This document shows, one piece after another, positions 60,686 through 64,000 of a DNA stretch of 64,000 nt (the first letter of the stretch is position 1; each line of letters starts with the position of its first letter). The translations under genes and the position numbers were made by a program. This DNA comes from Amoebophrya sp. A120 (taxonomy: Eukaryota; Protista; Dinoflagellata): positions 1,815,984 to 1,879,983 of the forward strand of contig CAJINV010000014.1 in assembly GCA_905178155.1 (NCBI GenBank), in the 5' to 3' direction. The notes under the pieces were generated by a model. It was not told the origin of the DNA. It made no database searches and was given only the letters and a program-made list of their open reading frames with translations.

Positions 60686-61925
60686 GTTGGCTTGCTGTTC
60701 TTTGCGAAATTTAAATTATGACAAAAAAAGCTATGTCAAAAAGTAGTCCATGTGGGTAAGAAATGTACTTGGTTCTTCAACAGGAGGCTCGCAAGTAAAA
60801 CACTGAAGAAAAAGAAATCTAGAGCTGACTACAATTATCTCTACGACCAATTAAAGTACAGACACGACCTCGACTGCGACCACACGCCTGCTAGACATAA
60901 TGAGATGCGTCAAAAGATTTCTGATGTTGCGCATAGAATTGAACCTCGACGAGGCCCAACGCAAACGGTCGTCGTGATCTGTACAATCACAACTTTGAAG
61001 TTGGTTGTTGAGCTTTGATTTTGATCATTTTTTTTTCTCATCAGAAGATCACTTCGTGGTCTTGCACAGCGGACTCTTAATTATTCATGCTTTTGATCTT
61101 CCAAACAATGACCAGTCGTTGTTCAGGAGTCACGGAGAAGAAGATTGATCTTCAAGCAGAGTTTTCATAAACACATTCGCAGCTGACAGAACCCATTTCG
61201 AATAGATGCTTTAACTTTTCATACAAGTTCTTTTCTGTTTCTGTCACACGAAGATCCGTATTTATTTTTCAAGGATCAAGATCAACAACATTGGATTGAC
61301 AATAAATTAAGCTGGATCTTTTGTAAAGAATCTTCTCTGTCACGACTATAGGCAGGCGTTGGATCGTGCCAACATCCTCGCAAAGATAATGCGTCTTGTA
61401 GATGCTCATCTATAATCTTCGTCGGGTTTTACGATCCTGCTCAACTCTCTCTATCTCCTGGTTTTCCAGGTGCTTCTAGCTTCCTCTTCTACAAACACAC
61501 GAACATGTTCATGTCCTCCTTGCTCCTCCTACTCCTTGGGAAAGATGACGGATGCCACGACTACTAAGGTATGGTCCCGCTGCTCGCGGGAAGGACTGAT
61601 GGTCGAGATGAAGACGCAAGAAGAATCTAATCACATAAATATTACATGCGGAGAACAACAAGGGACAAGCTTGAATCGATGCCAAAGATCCACTTTATTC
61701 TCGTTATCAGCTCCGTTGCAGTTTTTGCTCCATCCACCCGGCCTTGATGTTAGCGTCTTCTCAATAGCCCAAGCAGCTGCAGTTCTTGTTCTAGTGGCAG
61801 GAGTGGTGCTACCAGTGCCTACTTCTTTTCTTTCCTCCCACTTTACTTGGTAGTCAATATTTTTATCCTAATCTGCTTGACCATCGTTCGCAGAGTCACG
61901 CACCTTTGCTGGTACCTGCGCTCGC

Positions 61926-62248
61926 TATCGAATGCAAATGTGTCTGGGTTTGGCGATTTCTCATGCAGGTTGGGCTTGGACGAGAAACAGAATCTTCACG
62001 TGCACGGCTCAATTGATTCTTGACTGCAAAGCGCGGGACGAAGTTCTCGACTCATGATACTAGGCCTCCCTGTGTAGTAAGTTCGCTGCTGCTGCATGGC
62101 GAACTGCGTTCCCGCATCATAACAGAAAAGATGAGCAGCTTGTGGGTATTAACGTGCAAAAGTGCCTTGAGCCTCATGACTTAGAAATTTTCCCTTCATC
62201 GTCTTCCTCTGTCTAGATCCAGATCCAGACATAGCATCACAATGCATA
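61926..62248. mobile_element. decayed family-B introner
   Basis: TATCGAATGCAAATGTGTCTGGGTTTGG ... CCAGATCCAGACAT...AATGCATA; TSD not recognisable. Confidence 0.6.
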
Positions 62249-62445
62249 GACCCGGTAGCTCAGCAATTGCCAGGAGTCGACAGCCAGCAGCTTGCGACAA
62301 TCGTTCGCGTAGGCTATGGGACATCCACATGAAAACTTCTGGTCAACTACATTCCAGCACACGTAGTACTTACATCAACAAATTAGAAGGACGACCTGCC
62401 TTTGGGAAGAAAACGTGGTCACGACCAAGCTGCTTCCTGCTTTTG

Positions 62446-64000
62446 TCATGATGCAGACAAGTGGGCCACGCGATTGTAATTCTTTGGTTGTCCTTCCGAG
62501 GAGTCATTTGATATTTCTGGCGCCTTTACAAAAACGTGTACGTAGTAGTTGAAACTAAAGTTCATGATGCATAGGAGCCGTGCGTAGTAGGGATCGACGG
62601 TAGAAGACTGTGGCGCTCCACCTCCAATTGAGTTCGCTGCTTTTCCTTGCGGCAAGACATCTACATTTACTGCAGCAGCCCCGTTGTGTTGCATTCCCGG
62701 CGCTACTAGCCCAGACCCTGTAGTGCCTGAGGTCGCCGTTGAACTTGTTGCAGCCTTAGAGAGGCAAAGAAGTGCTTTTTTCATGTTCAATTCCTTGCTG
62801 CTGGTGGTGGTCTGCTGTTGACCAAGTGCACGTTGTTGAGGTCGATTTGTGATTTGGTGGGCAAGAAAATTTTTATGAGCCCCGGCTGCATGATGATACT
62901 CACCAAGACCTGCTGCCTGAGCTTCGTCTCCGGAGGTGTACTCGAAAGCTAGCAGCTGCAGCTTTGTTAACAGTTTCTGAAGTTCGGCGAGGAGCAACGC
63001 TTCCTCGAGTTTGACCGACTCGAGGAGCACGGAAACCGACTCAAGGTCCTCGTGTAGATCGAGTTTTTCACCACGTCCAGACGTGCCCCCGCCGATTCTC
63101 TGGTCCGGATGCTCTAGTACTCGGTGCGACACCAGCCGCGGTGGTTCTTGTCGTGAATCAATGCGGTCCTGTGGCTGTGCTGGCATAGAAGTAGAAGTGC
63201 CACTATGTATTAGGTCGAGTAATGATCCGATTGCGCTTAGCGAGTCCGCTAGTGCAGCCTCGTTCTCTGCGTCTGCGCCACGAGCTTTGTGGTCGAGCTG
63301 CTGGAAGATGAAATTACTAAACCCTCCGGTTGATGTGCGTGTGCCTACTGGTTGTGTTTCTCTGGCTCCGTCTCCCGCTGCTGTTGAAGTTGGTTTTTGC
63401 CGGCTCATGGCGGACGAAACGACCTGCGAAACGAGCTCCAAAAAATGCACCAAATCTTGCAACCCTTCATCAGAGGAAGTGTAGACGGTGCTGTTGGTGG
63501 AAGAAGGAGGCTCAGATGACCTGTTGGCAGACGAAGCCGCGACTGCTCTTGCTGTATTCTGTGCAAAAGTTGCATCGCGCTCGTACTTAAGTGCAATATT
63601 CTTGTACAACGAGGACAAATAGACCTATATTAGCTGAACCCGCATGCTTAATTTCGTTTTTCATAGCATTGATTTCATTTTTGTGATGAAAGTAGTGCTC
63701 GTACGGCTACGGTGAAACTACAATTACACTCCTTATCCGCCTGTAGCTTCGTGCTCTTGTCTCACGGCTCCCACCAGCGGCTTCAGTTGTGCGAGCGTCG
63801 CTTGGAGGTCCGCGCTGCTCTTCTTCAAAGCAATTTCCAGCTTGGAGAGACCCTGCAACAGCTGTTGATGGTCGTAGAAGTACGTCGACTGCTGGTGGTC
63901 CTCGTTTCCTAGTGCTAGTTCCGCTCCTCCGTTTTGGTTCTTTTGGGCAGAAGACGACGAGGACGAAAAAATGTGCTGGGTAGAAGTAGTTCCACCTGAT
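62446..64000 (-). CDS. internal exons of an unknown multi-exon gene; starts beyond the window and probably extends to ~61.4 kb
   Basis: Long open frame 62446-63554 flanked by decayed introner copies. Confidence 0.5.
63555..63736. mobile_element. decayed family-A introner; right end uncertain
   Basis: Left end TATTCTGTGCAAAAGTTGCATCGCGCTCGTA resembles family A. Confidence 0.5.

Noticed and set aside
1-64000. The many plus-strand ORFs and short ORFs such as ILCKSIALVLQSCIT in the ORF track
   Set aside because: They are antisense shadows of minus-strand exons or translations of repeated introner sequence.
1-64000. Dinoflagellate spliced-leader relics, tRNA or rRNA genes
   Set aside because: None seen by eye; a covariance-model scan would be needed to exclude them.

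Overview
Eukaryotic (protist) nuclear DNA. Every gene I can recognise lies on the minus strand: ESF1, RPC11/POLR3K, a hydroxylysine-kinase-like APH kinase, MRT4, an MFS transporter, a GT14/core-2-branching-like glycosyltransferase, a reconstructed ~2,425-aa unknown gene with a tandem paralog, and several unknown or secreted proteins. The dominant signal is about 40 MITE-like inserts of 110-1,284 bp, from at least 7 recurring sequence families plus singletons. They nearly all start 5'-TAT and end ATA-3', carry terminal inverted repeats, sit in a 5-bp target-site duplication (TSD), and interrupt coding sequence. Removing element plus one TSD copy restores the reading frame, including in the conserved genes ESF1 and HYKK. 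Most offer no GT-AG register and they occur in both orientations, so they behave as transposon-derived non-canonical introns (introners). This architecture and the one-strand gene array resemble what I recall for the parasitic dinoflagellate Amoebophrya; that assignment is inference. Other signals: a filled/empty site pair in paralogs, an internal motif shared across the short families, a 1.28-kb long family member, a deleted DIRS/VIPER-like retroelement in a 55-bp duplication, a nested insertion with a 16-bp TSD, and two adjacent fold-back structures in an MRT4 intron. All splicing is inferred from DNA only.
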